From assembly GCF_004010195.1 (NCBI RefSeq), contig NC_057719.1, forward strand, positions 55,159,077-55,223,076: a DNA stretch of 64,000 bases. Reading direction: 5' to 3'. Position 1 is the stretch's first letter, and each line of letters starts with the position of its first letter. Origin of the DNA: Chiloscyllium plagiosum (taxonomy: Eukaryota). Shown here piece after piece: positions 36,647 to 49,260 of this stretch. Both the position numbers and the translations under genes were made by a program. The notes beneath the pieces are model-generated. The model searched no databases. It saw only the letters and a program-made list of their open reading frames with translations, and was not told the DNA's origin.

Positions 36647-37386
36647 TATTTATGGCCCCCAGTTTTGGATTCCCCCACAATTGGAGACATTGGACTGAAT
36701 TTTACAGAGCAATGGGTGTCTGGCCCATAAGTTGGGCAGCAAGCAGGAACCCCGTATCTATAGTGTGTAAAGTAAAATATACCTCTAAGTGTGTCTATTG
36801 AGCATGCGTAAAAGGAATGTTGCCATGTCAAAAGGCAGGCAACTGGAGCCTGGTCCTGGATTACTCCAAGTAAGATGTCCTCTCTTCCTCTCGATATGGC
36901 ACTGCTCAATAAAAACTGTTGCTGTTCATTCACAAGACTGTAGATCTCAAATTATGTCAGCATTGCCCCTTTCAGGGAAGGCCTGTGGAATTCACTGCCA
37001 TTCAGTATAGTTGTCAAAATTTGCCTTTAACTTGCTTTCAGATTGAAATTTAGTTCTAGGAACCCTCGATAAAATTCACAGTAAATTTGTAAAGTGCCAT
37101 CAGATTCCTGCCAACATGTTGCTGCGGCTGTCACATCAATAACACCTATCTCGGTCCTATCTCTGTCACAAGAAGTCCTTTTCCATGAGTGCATAATATA
37201 CTGTCATTGTTTTATGTCTTTTGTTTGAAGTTAAATATACACAAGCATTTGATAACAGTGCGTCTCCTTTTCTTCCAAGATGGCGTCGGTGGAAGCAGGG
37301 TAGGAAGTGTTTGGGCTCTCTACCCATCCACTTCCACTTCTGCTCACCTGGCTGACTGAATTCTTCTCTGCTTTTGTTTGGTTTTC

Positions 37387-38939
37387 AAAGTTTGTGAGAA
37401 GATTTGTAGCTCGGGTGCTCGTTGTTGTGGTTCTGTTCGCCGAGCTGGGAATTTGTGTTGCAGGCGTTTCGTCCCCTGTCTAGGTGACATCCTCAGTGCT
37501 TGGGAGCCTCCTGTGAAGCGCTTCTGTGATCTTTCCTCCGGCATTTGTAGTGGTTTGAATCTGCTGCTTCCAGTTGTCAGTTCCAGCTGTCCGTTGCAGT
37601 GGTCGGGATATTGGGTCCAGGTCGATGTGCTTATTGATTGAATCTGTGGATGAGTGCCATGCCTCTAGGAATTCCCTGGCTGTTCTCTGTTTGGCTTGTC
37701 CTATAATAGTGGTGTTGTCCCAGTCGAATTCATGTTGCTTGTCATCTGCATGTGAGGCTCCTCAGGATAGCTGAAAATGTGTTGCTGGAAAAGTGCAGCA
37801 GGTCAGGCAGCATCCAAGGAACAGGAGAATCGACGTTTCGGGCATAAGCCCTTCTTCAGGAATGAGCTTCAGGAATTGGGTTGAATTAGAACAAACAGTC
37901 TTACTGCAAATTCAACCCAAACTCTGGATCAGATATGTGGATGACAGTTTTGTCATCATTAAGAACACAGAAATAGAGAACACACACCGGATCATCTATG
38001 CCACACTCACAGGAATCCGATTCACTAGAGAGGAAGAAAAGGACAACCAACTTCCATTCCTAGACGTGATGGTACAGAGAACACCAAACGGAGAATTCAC
38101 CACAAAGGTATACAGGAAAGCCACACACACAGACCAAGTCCTGAACTACGAAAGCAACTACCCCAACACACACAAAAGAAGTTGCATCAAGATACTATTC
38201 AAGAGGGCCACAACACACTGCAGCACACCAGAACTGCAAAAAGAGGAAGAACACCTATACAATGTATTCGCCAAAAATGGATACCCGCGCAATTTCATCA
38301 ACAGATGCCTAAGGGAAAGACAACGGAACAAGGACATGCCGCAACCCAAAGGACTAGCCACACTACCATACATCAAGAGCATTTCCAAACTGACAGCCAG
38401 ACTACTGCGACCACTAGGACTCTTAACACAAACCAACACTCTCAGACAACAACTCGCCAGAACGAAGGACCCGATACCCAGCATGAGCAAAACCAATGCA
38501 AGGACTGCACAAAATCCCATGCAAGGACTGCACAAAACACTACATAGGACAAACAGGAAGACAGCTAACGATACGCATCCATGAACACGAACTAGCCACA
38601 AAACGACACGGCCAGCTATCCTTAGTAGCCACACATGCAGATGACAAGCAACATGAATTCGACTGGGACAACACTACTATTATAGGACAAGCCAAACAGA
38701 GAACAGCCAGGGAATTCCTAGAGGCATGGCACTTATCCACAGGTTCAATCAATAAGCACATTGACCTGGACCCAATATCCCGACCACTGCAACGGACAAC
38801 TGGAAATGACAACCGGGAGCGGCAGATTCAAACCACTACAAATGCCGCAGGAAAGATCACGGAAGCACTTCACAGGAGGCCCCCAAGCACTAAGGATGTC
38901 ACCTAGACAAGGGACTAAACGTCTGCAACACAAATTCCC
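37387..38939 (+). mobile_element. Penelope-like element: RT C-terminus and GIY-YIG endonuclease with an upstream inverted 3' copy
   Basis: ORF 37793-38584 LWIRYVDDSFVII...LPFLDVMV..FTTKVYRKATHTDQVLNYES; ORF 38496-38906 KIPCKDCTKHYIGQTGRQLTIRIHEH...REFLEAW. About 37447-37754 is the reverse complement of about 38631-38939. Imperfect TSD TTT(G/A)TTTGGTTTT. Confidence 0.95.
37770..37865 (-). mobile_element. Terminal-repeat fragment of a second PLE family at the inversion junction
   Basis: Same sequence family as 33140-33230, 44560-44646 and 60231-60322; minus strand CTGAAGAAGGGCTTATGCCCGAAACGTC. Confidence 0.85.
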
Positions 38940-39819
38940 TTTATTTGGTTTTGTTTCTTCATTTCCTCACTTCTCTTTTGTATCAAAGTTCACCTTTTCT
39001 TCTTTTCTGCTGCTGGGGTGGACGAAGTTGGATGCGAGCGCTCGTGGCACTGGTGGATCTGGATGTCCATTCCTAGTGGCTGTAGTAACCATGGCTTTAT
39101 CAAAGGCTTCACCGTCAGTGGGTCTGGCAGTGGTGTGGTGGCTATAGTGCTGGCAGCATGATGGTACCAGCTCGTCCCTCATGGCTATGGCAGTGATGTG
39201 GTGGCTTCGGGTGGTGACTGAAGTAGTGATGTCTTGAACATCAGTGACTTGGTGAGTCCAGTCTGCCCCTCCTTGCCATGATGGCGATGCAGTGGCTTTG
39301 GCTTCGGCGGTGGCAGTGTGGTCTGTTCTAGAAATTCTTTCTTTGGCAGTCTCAGAGGTGGCTTCAGCAGCAGCACCCATTCCAGAAACTCACAAGGGAA
39401 CAAAAGACAAACTTTATCCTAACTTTGTCTCAACTATTTCTTATTATAATTTTTGTAATTAAAATAGTGCCAAATTATGGCGACTTATGCACATCTCATG
39501 TATTTTCAATAATACATGTGACAATAAATTACTATTCTATTCTGTACTAACAATCTGTGGCATTTACCAGTTTCTGGTGCAAGCTTTAGTTTATCATAGC
39601 CATATTTTTCATGATTTTATTTGGATTTCTGAAGAATTACTGAGTGTATCATAAATGTTAGATGCAGATTAATGGTGTAACTGAGAAGCAATAGTTTGTT
39701 TTTATTCTTTCATGGGATGTGGGCATTAAGAGCTCCTTTAACAATATAAAACATTTCAAACACAACACGGGAACATTATCAATCAAAGTTTGATAATGAT
39801 GCAAAAAGATAATTTTAGG

Positions 39820-40040
39820 ACAGATGATCAAATATTTTAGAAGAAGCTGCATTTAAAGAATCTCCTGAAAGAGAAAAGAGAGATACAGAAGTTGAGAAAC
39901 TTACAGAGGAAATTCTAAAGCTCAAAAATGGGCTGCTAAATCTATGTCCACTGACATTGTAATCATTAAAATTAGCAGTGTTTAAGAGGCCAGAGTTAAA
40001 CGAATGCAGATTATTAGGGGGTGGTCGGACTGGAGGAAGA
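39820..40040 (-). mobile_element. Old L2-like 3' fragment
   Basis: Minus-strand translation LHSFNSGLL..FND..VSGHRFS resembles the L2 ORF2 C-terminus; strongly decayed. Confidence 0.5.
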
Positions 40041-40094
40041 GCTATGTTTAACATTTTGGGGTTCACTTTAACTTTAATTGTAAGACACAAGTCA

Positions 40095-40415
40095 ATTTAC
40101 CAAACATCCTTAGGCAGCACTTCCAAATCCTTGATCACTTCCATCTAGAAGGAAAAGGGCAGCATATATATGGGAGCACCACCACCACTGCAAATTCTTC
40201 TCCTTGCCACTCACCATCCTGATTTGGAAATATTATCACCGTTCCTTCACTGTCTCATGGTCAAAATCCTGGGAGTCCCTCTTAAGGGCTTTGGAGACCT
40301 ACAGCAGGTGGACTGCAGTGATACAAGAAGGCAGCTCATCACCACCTTCTCAAGGGCACTAGGGACAGGCAATAAATACTGGTCAGCCAGCCATGCTCAT
40401 GTCACACAAGTGAAT
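40095..40415 (+). mobile_element. LINE-B 3' tail
   Basis: CCATCTAGAAGGAAAAGGGCAGCA...GCAGCTCATCACCACCTTCTCAAGGGCACTAGGGACAGGCAATAAAT. Confidence 0.85.
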
Positions 40416-42226
40416 ATATCAAAACAAATTACAATTATTCACTGAATTAAGATAGCAAATCTTTAAGGCCTGCTACTTAGAAGAGCCATTCTAGGTACAA
40501 GTAGAATTTCACATGCTTCACAATTTATGAGGTTTACTGAAATAAATACAAAAGAATGAAACTCAATCAAAGCAGTAATTTTCAGTCATTCCACATCTTA
40601 TTTGTATTGGTTCAGATTTTGCAGAAAAATATAATAACGAGAGAATGACATACCCTAATTCTTATGCAGAAGTCAACCAACAAATTGTAAGAAGACAAAG
40701 AAAGCTTGTTGCTTGCAAATGCCATAAGTTTCTTGTTGAGTTCTACCAGTCCAACATTAGCTTTGTGAAATGAACACGTCATCCTCTGTCTCTCTGAGCT
40801 GAATTTTCCCAGTACAGAACGATGTGGATAATGATGTGTCAGTTGCAAAGATATAGTGAGATTGGAAACTAAAAATCCAATTTTGTACCCAAGCCTTGAT
40901 CAGTGAAATAGAATCTCATTCATGAGCAGCAAGAAGCCTGTTTGTCCGCACTGACATCTCACTATTACCTAATCTTACTTCATTTACACGCAATTTGCTA
41001 TTCTTCCACGTGACAGAGAGAAACTATGTGGAAACAATTCCTGAAGATCAGAGTTAGTACCTGGATGTTCCAGCTCACTACTTGCCCCTCAACACCTCTG
41101 TCTTGTCTAGCAGGCCTCCACATCTCAGGGAGAGCTCCATGGGCAGTGATCACCTGTAACCCCTGTCCGTGGAGGTTACCATCAGACATGCATCATAGCG
41201 TCATCATGGCAAGTCTCAACACACTTAGAATACAGTCAGCCATTTGATGTTGCCCTTTGGAGCACACCACCACCTTTCATTGTAATGCCATCTGATGCAT
41301 CAGGACAGGACGCATCTCAGGCCTCTCAGCTTGCTCTCTTAGCACTTCCTTATAGGCACACCCACAGTGCCATTAGGGAGCATTTTAACTCAGAGACACT
41401 GAAAAATCAGCAATATATTCCTAAGTCAGGATGGTGAGTGACTTGGTGAAGAAGGTGGTGTTCCTTTGTATTTGCTGCCCTTGTCCTTAATGATGGAAGT
41501 AGTCAAGCGATTTAAAGATGCTTTCTAATGATGTTTGGTGAATTTCTCAATGCTTTCCTTACTTTTTTATTTCTATCTCTTTGTCCCTCTCTCTTAATAA
41601 TTATTGTAAGCTTTCTTTCACTCTATGTGGCCAGAGTGCTGAAAACATTCAGTTCCAGGTTAGGAGGTTGGCAGTCACATAATTTGGCACTGCTAGCTGC
41701 TGTGCCAATGTGTCACCAGATTTCTGACTCTTTAATGAAGAGGGCTTGGGGATGGATTGGCTGATAAACAATTGAGGTCCTGAGTCCATGCCAACTGGAA
41801 TTTTCAGTTGGCAATGCAGACAGCTCACATTGGCTTGGCCCAGCTGCAGACCAGGTGGGAAAATAGGATGGAACGTGAAAGATCAAGCAAAGAATCCCTC
41901 TCCCTTACTGACTCTTACAGCTTTTGGCTATCACTTGAAGTGTTTGCCAATCGAGGAAATGACCCGAGAACTGTAACATTTTGAAAAGCACTAAGATTGC
42001 TTACCTTCACTTCTACCTCATAATATACGTGATCAGATCTGTAACTCTTACCTTGACTGGTGGAGTTGTCAATCATTAAGTATTGGAGACTTCCCATTGT
42101 CCTCCAGCATCATGAGGCTGCCTACCATTCTTGATTGGATGACAGGCCTGCTCAATCACCCTTCAATTGGCTTGAGCATTGAAGATTGCAATGGCTGTGC
42201 CTAAAGTATGCAGCATGAGTGTGGGG

Positions 42227-42409
42227 TCAAGATTAGAGTGGTGCTAGAAAAGTACAGCAAGTCAAGCCCTTTCCTGATGAAAGACTTTTGTCCGAAACAT
42301 TGATCTGCTTGCTCCTAGGATGCTGCCTGACCTGTTGTGGTTTTCCAGCACCACTCTAATATTGAATCTATTTGGGATGGATCCAGCATCTGCAGTACTC
42401 AACTCCACC
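42227..42409 (+). mobile_element. Short fold-back PLE tail with an imperfect 14-bp TSD
   Basis: ATTAGAGTGGTGCTAGAAAA...TTTTCCAGCACCACTCTAAT are inverted; flanked by CAGCATGAGTGTGG (42211) and CAGCATGAGTTTGG (42410). Confidence 0.8.
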
Positions 42410-44523
42410 CAGCATGAGTTTGGGATCCAGCCTGGAATTCCCTGACTGTGCAGGCTTTGCCATTGATGCATTCATTCTAAATCATGCTCATTTTTAGTAA
42501 TTCTTTTGTTTATTTCTCAATCCTTTAAATCACATTGTAAGAAAAGAATTCTTTTTAACCTTGCATTGCATCTTTTGTCAATAATGTTACCCTTCCTCCA
42601 GGAAACTCTATAGCCTCAATTATTTCATTTCCAGATGATCAGATTATAACCGTGAAGAGATTTACTTTTTATCCTGTTGTTCATTAATGTCCTAATTCCT
42701 TGATCTTTTCATCATACGCACTTTAAGGAAATTTGTGATTAAACTTACTTATACTCGAAGCATGCAACTGAAAGAAGTCAAACCAAAGGGTGTGCTACAA
42801 TATGCCTCAAACCATCAAAATCGGATCCATTTTCCCCATATAATACTAAAGCAGAAAATACGGGAAATGCAACCACAAATCCATATTTCAAACTCTTCAT
42901 TTTACACCATACAGATACTGAAGTGGAATTACAACACATACAGATTGAGTGAAACAGAAGCTCAAATACAGCTTAAAGGATATGATCGGGTCGTGATTAG
43001 AAATTAAATATTCCAGGTTTATATGACTTCAGGAAGATTAGGGAAACTGGAAGAAGAGGAAGAGTCAGCTCATTGATTCAAGATACTGTAACAAAATTCA
43101 AAGGAGAAGATATAGGGAAGGGAAAACAATCAGCAGGGTCTCTATAGTTAGAATTGAAGATTAAGAGAGGACGTAAAACTATAATGGGGTTTATCTACAG
43201 GTTTGTCAATGATAGAATTGAAGTGACAGAATTTTTAATTCAGATATTAGACAACCCTATAGATAAAGCAGAATTGTTTAAGAGGACTATTGAGGTTACA
43301 TTGAATTGGGAAGAGTGAAGTAACTCAAGTTCAAAAGGCAGTGAAGTTCTTTAACTCAGCAAATCTGAGTAATAGTCAAAATGAGGGTGGACCACGCTAG
43401 AGGTAGCAATGAGTAATGCACCACATTTAGTTAATAACCTAACAATAAGGCGATGTTTATCCAACAGCAATCATAATCATAATATTGATGTTTGGTTCAC
43501 AAATTGTTTTTTTGTTCCTGAGATGTGAACATCACTGGCAAAGGTAGCAATTTTTTTGCCCATAATTATCTGCTGTAGAGAAGATGGTGGAAATGTGCCT
43601 TCTTAAACTACTTCAGTCCATGTAACATAGATACACCAATTGTGCTGTTAGAAAGAGAGTTTCAGGTTTTCGACCCAGTGACAATGAAGGAACCAAACTT
43701 GTTAATTATCAGGGGAGGCAGCAAAGACAGTAGGCCATTCTGATGCACTAAATACAAGTTATCTGAATTTTCAAAATAACTTCAATAAGGTGTCCCATAT
43801 TGTGGTTGGCAGGGGTATGGAGAGTAGTCAGTATTAAGCAAAGGAAGGCTTTAAATAAATGGCAGACTGAGAAAAGATAATCAATTAAATGCAACACAGA
43901 TCAATGTGAGGCAGTACATTTTGGTAGAAAAATGTGGAAGGACAATGTTTTGAAAGGTGCAGTTCCAGATGGGAGGAACAAAATGATCTCAGAATACAAA
44001 TACACTAAAATGCTATAGATTAGCATTGCAATTTTTTTAGAAAATCATACCGAGCATGGGGAATTATTTCTACAGAGATAAAATTTAAAGCTTGTATGGA
44101 ACCTTAGATCACACTTGATGTACTATGTACAATTATAATCACTGTATTATAAAATGAATACAGAGGCACTGGAGAGTATTCACAGAGTATTTACATAATG
44201 ATACCAGAATGCAGTTGTACATATCAGGAAATGTTTGACAAGTTGTGTCTCTTCTCTTCAAAAAGGAAAGTGGTTACTCAATGTAGCCTTTAAAACTATG
44301 AAAGGACTTAATAGAATATATCCCCTTCCACAGAAAAGCATAGCTAAAGTCCATCAAAATACGATAGTCATCATAAAATCCAATAGGAGAATTCAAAGTG
44401 AATTTTTTGCTTAAAACATATTAAGAATGCGGAACTCACTACCGCAGGAAGAGATTGAAGCGAATAGTATAGATGCATTTAAAGCAAAACTAGATGCTCA
44501 GATGAGGGAGAAGGGAATAGTTG

Positions 44524-45630
44524 AGGAGAAAGTGAGGTCTGCAGATGCTGGAGATCAGAGATGGAAATGTGTTGCTGGAAAAGCGCAGCAGGTCAGGCAG
44601 CATCTAGGGAACAGGAGAATCGACGTCTCGGGCATTAGCCCTTCTTNNNNNNNNNNNNNNNNNNNNNNNNNNNNNNNNNNNNNNNNNNNNNNNNNNNNNN
44701 NNNNNNNNNNNNNNNNNNNNNNNNNNNNNNNNNNNNNNNNNNNNNNNNNNNNNNNNNNNNNNNNNNNNNNNNNNNNNNNNNNNNNNNNNNNNNNNNNNNN
44801 NNNNNNNNNNNNNNNNNNNNNNNNNNNNNNNNNNNNNNNNNNNNNNNNNNNNNNNNNNNNNNNNNNNNNNNNNNNNNNNNNNNNNNNNNNNNNNNNNNNN
44901 NNNNNNNNNNNNNNNNNNNNNNNNNNNNNNNNNNNNNNNNNNNNNNNNNNNNNNNNNNNNNNNNNNNNNNNNNNNNNNNNNNNNNNNNNNNNNNNNNNNN
45001 NNNNNNNNNNNNNNNNNNNNNNNNNNNNNNNNNNNNNNNNNNNNNNNNNNNNNNNNNNNNNNNNNNNNNNNNNNNNNNNNNNNNNNNNNNNNNNNNNNNN
45101 NNNNNNNNNNNNNNNNNNNNNNNNNNNNNNNNNNNNNNNNNNNNNNNNNNNNNNNNNNNNNNNNNNNNNNNNNNNNNNNNNNNNNNNNNNNNNNNNNNNN
45201 NNNNNNNNNNNNNNNNNNNNNNNNNNNNNNNNNNNNNNNNNNNNNNNNNNNNNNNNNNNNNNNNNNNNNNNNNNNNNNNNNNNNNNNNNNNNNNNNNNNN
45301 NNNNNNNNNNNNNNNNNNNNNNNNNNNNNNNNNNNNNNNNNNNNNNNNNNNNNNNNNNNNNNNNNNNNNNNNNNNNNNNNNNNNNNNNNNNNNNNNNNNN
45401 NNNNNNNNNNNNNNNNNNNNNNNNNNNNNNNNNNNNNNNNNNNNNNNNNNNNNNNNNNNNNNNNNNNNNNNNNNNNNNNNNNNNNNNNNNNNNNNNNNNN
45501 NNNNNNNNNNNNNNGTACATGGGGGTTAGTGGGGTGGTAGGTGAGGACCAGTGGTACATGGAGGTTAGTGGGGTGGTAGGTGAGGACCAGTGGTACATGG
45601 AGGTTAGTGGGGTGGTAGGTGAGGACCAGT
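44524..45630 (-). mobile_element. 5'-truncated PLE spanning the gap, with a 16-bp TSD
   Basis: GAGAAGGGAATAGTTG at 44508-44523 and 45631-45646; PLE tail on the left, PLVLTYHPTNL coding motif on the right. Confidence 0.85.
44647..45514. other. Assembly gap (868 N)
   Basis: Run of n. Confidence 1.
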
Positions 45631-45631
45631 G
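45515..45631. repeat. 39-bp tandem repeat, at least 3 copies
   Basis: GTACATGG(A/G)GGTTAGTGGGGTGGTAGGTGAGGACCAGTG at 45515, 45554 and 45593. Confidence 0.95.
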
Positions 45632-45869
45632 AGAAGGGAATAGTTGGTATATTAAGATGAGAAAAAGTGAGGAGAGGCTTAAATGGAGCATGAACATTGG
45701 CATGGACAGGTTGAGCACACACACTGAAGCATCAGATACAACTGTTGAAGACACCAGTCTCAAGATTTAGATAGATTCTCATATTTTGCTAGTGTGTTCT
45801 ATAGGAAGCAACTATTGAGGAAGATATCTATGCATGTATATAGAGAACAAGTTCTGTCTGTGGCCAACA

Positions 45870-46090
45870 CCATGATTGTGTCCAGAAATAGTGGCATTAA
45901 GTGGAAAGCCAAAATTAAACCCTACTAGATCATTGCCCTCATCACAGATCCTCATTCATGGGGCAAAATGCTGGGTCTACTGTAGGCAACACATCAAAAC
46001 CCTTGACTGCCTTGTAGGATTGAGGAAAAATCCTCATTATCTAAAGAACTGGATAAGATCCTGAACTTTTCCAATATCTACAATGCTTGG
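45870..46090 (+). mobile_element. RTE-clade LINE relic
   Basis: ORF 45876-46064 LIHGAKCWVYCRQHIKTL resembles the RTE motif LLYGSETW..YRRHIKTL. Confidence 0.55.
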
Positions 46091-47299
46091 CAAAACTCTC
46101 AATTGTGGCTGCAGCAAATACACAAGAGAGCCAGCAGAATGAAGATTTCTGTCTGGGACTATTGTACAACCTGGAATTCTAATTTACATCTGCTCTCTAA
46201 AAGAACAATTACACAAACCTAACAGATTCTTGCCCGAGACAGCTTTTACACCTTGCTCTACCCAGCACAGGCAGCTTGTGGCCTACAAAAATACCAGATA
46301 TTCAGCTCCAATCGAAATCCATTCACAGAGGTACTGGCCATTCAGCTTCAATCAAAATCGATTCAATTCACATATACTCTTAACAAATTGACTTCAAAAG
46401 GAACACCAGAAACACACTGAGTAGCATAGATTTGGCACAAAGATAAGGGATGGACAATCAGCATAATTGCTGGCCCCAAGTTCACCTGTCAGAGCTTTTT
46501 TCTAAGAGCAATTTCAAGAGCAAATTCTGAGAACACTTCAAGAGCAATTCAAGAATATTCTGAGAGCTTCCAAGCAAGAGCTACCAGTCACAGGCATGTT
46601 TCGAATCCATGGCAACTGACCGCGACCAACAGATCCAAGAACTGACAAACTGACAAACTCTGAAAACCAACTGGCTCGTCTTGAGGGCACCAAGCCTCCA
46701 ACACATTCTGAGGTTAAAACTGAGCCAGCAAAATCAGCAAAAAGTAAAGAAAACCAGGTACTTACCTGATTGATCCAGTATGCACCTTACTGCATCTGCG
46801 GACTCAACCCAAACTGAAAAGCCTATGCAGCCCAAATTATCATCTGGGCTCACAATATGGCAAGTGGGAACAGCCAGGCCAATTTCAAAGCTCCAGTGTT
46901 TTCTCCAGTGATGAGCTTGAACAATGTTCCGGCCTAGCTAGCGGGGAGAGGAAGGCAGGTGGTGACAGTGAAATGGGACCCCAAGGGTGTAAAGCCTGAT
47001 TAAAGATTCTATAATTAAAGTTTGTTTTTAGGTTCGAACAGTATTTAATCTAGCTAATAGTGTATTTAATAGTATTACTGTCTCTGTAGAGGCCATTGTG
47101 TCAATTTCCCTGTCATTTGCATTTACCTTTATTTCTTGTATTATGTCTACCCTTTGAATTTAAAAAACAACTGAGTCTCTTTTGTCTTGAAACACCTGTC
47201 TACTGCCTTCTCCATTTCACATTCCATAAACAAGTCCAAAGTCTGGAACTTGGGATCTGGGGGTGATTCAAACCACCTAAAAATTAGAAAATAACCATT

Positions 47300-48420
47300 T
47301 GTAAACCAGAACCCTACAGCTTGCACCAAAGACACTCAGGCACCATCTTGAAAATTCATTGGCAGGACAAAATGGTAAACACTGATGTCCTTTATCTTCA
47401 TAGACCTTTTTATAAAATTCAACTTAAATAGGCAGGCCATGCCTCCTACAGAATTCTTAAACAAATCTTCCATGGAAAATTATTTCAGGACAATAAACAT
47501 CTGTAAAAATCAACAAACCTGAACAGGATCATAGGATCTGTCATGTCAACTGCCATTCTAGTCTCGCTCCCTCATTGCTAATCTTATTTTCCTCCTCCCT
47601 TCCCTTCTCTATTTGCTCTACTTGAGCAGGCTCCTGCTTGAATAATTTACTTGGTATGGATCATTAACACATAATTCATTTCATGACCTCATTTATCTTC
47701 CTGATCACCCAAGAAACTCTGGTTTTGGTTCCTTACCTTTTGCCCTTGTTAAAAAACTCCTAACCAATTTTGAAGGATCTCCCCCTTAATATTTATCCAT
47801 TTCTCCGTTACAAATTTTTCTGGCAGGCTTTTGTTCTATTTTACTGTAGTTACCTTCCCTCTCATCCCATTGAAGTTAGCTCTGTTCCAATTTAGAAGAT
47901 AATTCTTTCATCTTCTCCTTAATAAATCTAAACTGTATTAGATACCTAGTCCACTTGACCCCACTTCATTCCACAAGTCCGGGAATGCCTCATTCTTTGT
48001 CAGACTGAGAACATGCATGTAAAGATGAATTTTTCCTGAATATATTTTAGAAGTACGGTCATTCCTCTTACCCTTTTGGTCTAACAAAATCCTCATTGGT
48101 ACTTGAGTAAAGTTCCCCAATGTCACCATTCCATGTTTCACTGTGATTTCCCTATAGATTTACCACTCTGTTGTCTTCGTGTTATTTCGAAGCTTGCAGA
48201 ATACTTTTCTAGCATAATTATCCTCTATTTTCTTCTGAACTAAAACTGAAAAGATTCTAACCTTGCACCCTCAAGGAAATCCCCATTCTAACATTAGATT
48301 ACTTCACCAAAAATACTGCCAGCCCACCTTTTTTTTGGAGACTTGCCTTTTCTGAAATTTTTGTGTGGAATCTTATCTTTATTAAAAAAATGCAAGTTGG
48401 ACTGAGCTTGGTTGAGGTAA
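47300..48420 (-). mobile_element. Very old CR1 fragment (EN region)
   Basis: Minus-strand remnants VTLGNF (GDF-like) and NEAFPDL..EVGSS (47938-48141). Confidence 0.5.
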
Positions 48421-48599
48421 TCTTGCCACAAGACCAATTGAGTTATCTCGCCTATCTGACCAAACTTGTCACTCGAAATGCCATTTGAGCCCTTATGGTG
48501 AGAATATGCTGTATTTACACCCATCTTACCACATGCTGTTCGGGGAACATTTCACCACGCACTGGAAATCATGGAATTAACTGGCATCCCTGGCAGCAG

Positions 48600-49260
48600 T
48601 GCCATGTTTAAAAAGGATTGAGAACCTGGACAAGAACCAACAGTCCACATCTGCCCTGCCTGGTTCCTGACATGTGTCTCAGACATAGCAGACTGGAGAA
48701 ATCCTCACCCAACTTCACAGTTATTGTCTTAGAGATCCTGGTAGACGGCATCTTGCACAGGCATTATTTCCCCACAATTAATAGTGGAGACCATGACACT
48801 AGACCATGCCAGCCTGGTACTAGGTTGTCACCAGGTCAGTACCTGGAAGTATGCTCAGCCATGTCCTTCATCAATCCACCAGTATAAGTACCGCCATTTT
48901 TCTTTGATACCTCACATTCACTCCATTGCTTCTTCTGCACCTACTGCCTACCAAGGTTCATGCTCCACCACTCTCAATAATGTATGAAACGTCTTTGTGA
49001 CTCACCCTTATCCAACGCAAAATACAATACAACTAACCTTGCACATCCTCACTCCTTTAGGAAATCGCCTCACCTGAACTAATGCTCATAGCTGCGCCAC
49101 TCTCTTTCATCTTCCATAATACCCGGCCCTCTCTTTCTCATCCCAAGAGTGAAATCAGCCTAAAATAGAGCAGAAAGAATTTAGACGGGTGGTGGGCTGC
49201 TTTTCATTCGACACCTCACCCCTATGAGCAGAAGACCCTAACTAACCACATTGAGCAGGG
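48600..49260 (+). mobile_element. Decayed Harbinger-type Myb/SANT-like gene relic
   Basis: EKSSPNFTVIVLEILVDGILHR (ORF 48618-48887) and, after an intron-like spacer, KSA*NRAERI*TGGGLLFIRHLT.YEQKTL (about 49150-49240). The TGGG motif is typical of Harbinger Myb-like proteins. Confidence 0.6.

Larger units (their letters stand above)
37272..39543 (+). mobile_element. Probable non-autonomous retroposon split by the PLE insertion
   Basis: Starts with CAAGATGGCG (37276-37285), has a GC-rich GGTGGCAGTG-type body (39010-39380), and ends CATGTGACAATAAA plus CTATTCTATTCT (39515-39543). Confidence 0.45.
42965..45716 (+). mobile_element. Very old CR1 (EN to 3' end), interrupted by a LINE-B tail (about 43505-43695) and a PLE (44524-45630)
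   Basis: Degenerate motifs YLNFQNNFNKVSH (about 43760-43800) and RMRNSLPQEEIEANSIDAFKAKLD (44424-44495); the 3'UTR resumes after 45646. Confidence 0.7.

Noticed and set aside
36105..36698. Duplicated small protein gene
   Set aside because: The identical translations simply reflect the inverted repeat; there is no ATG start or recognisable domain.
37793..38906. Active PLE or host gene
   Set aside because: RT is 5'-truncated, the ORF start comes from another fragment, and RT and GIY-YIG are frameshifted around a short duplication near 38497-38535.
38967..39403. Ala/Thr-rich ORFs
   Set aside because: By-product of the GC-rich low-complexity repeat body.
45515..45631. 39-bp repeats as a CRISPR array
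   Set aside because: No spacers, eukaryotic context, and the unit is PLE coding sequence.
44427..45763. Three ORFs of about 400 aa
   Set aside because: They consist mostly of X from the N gap.
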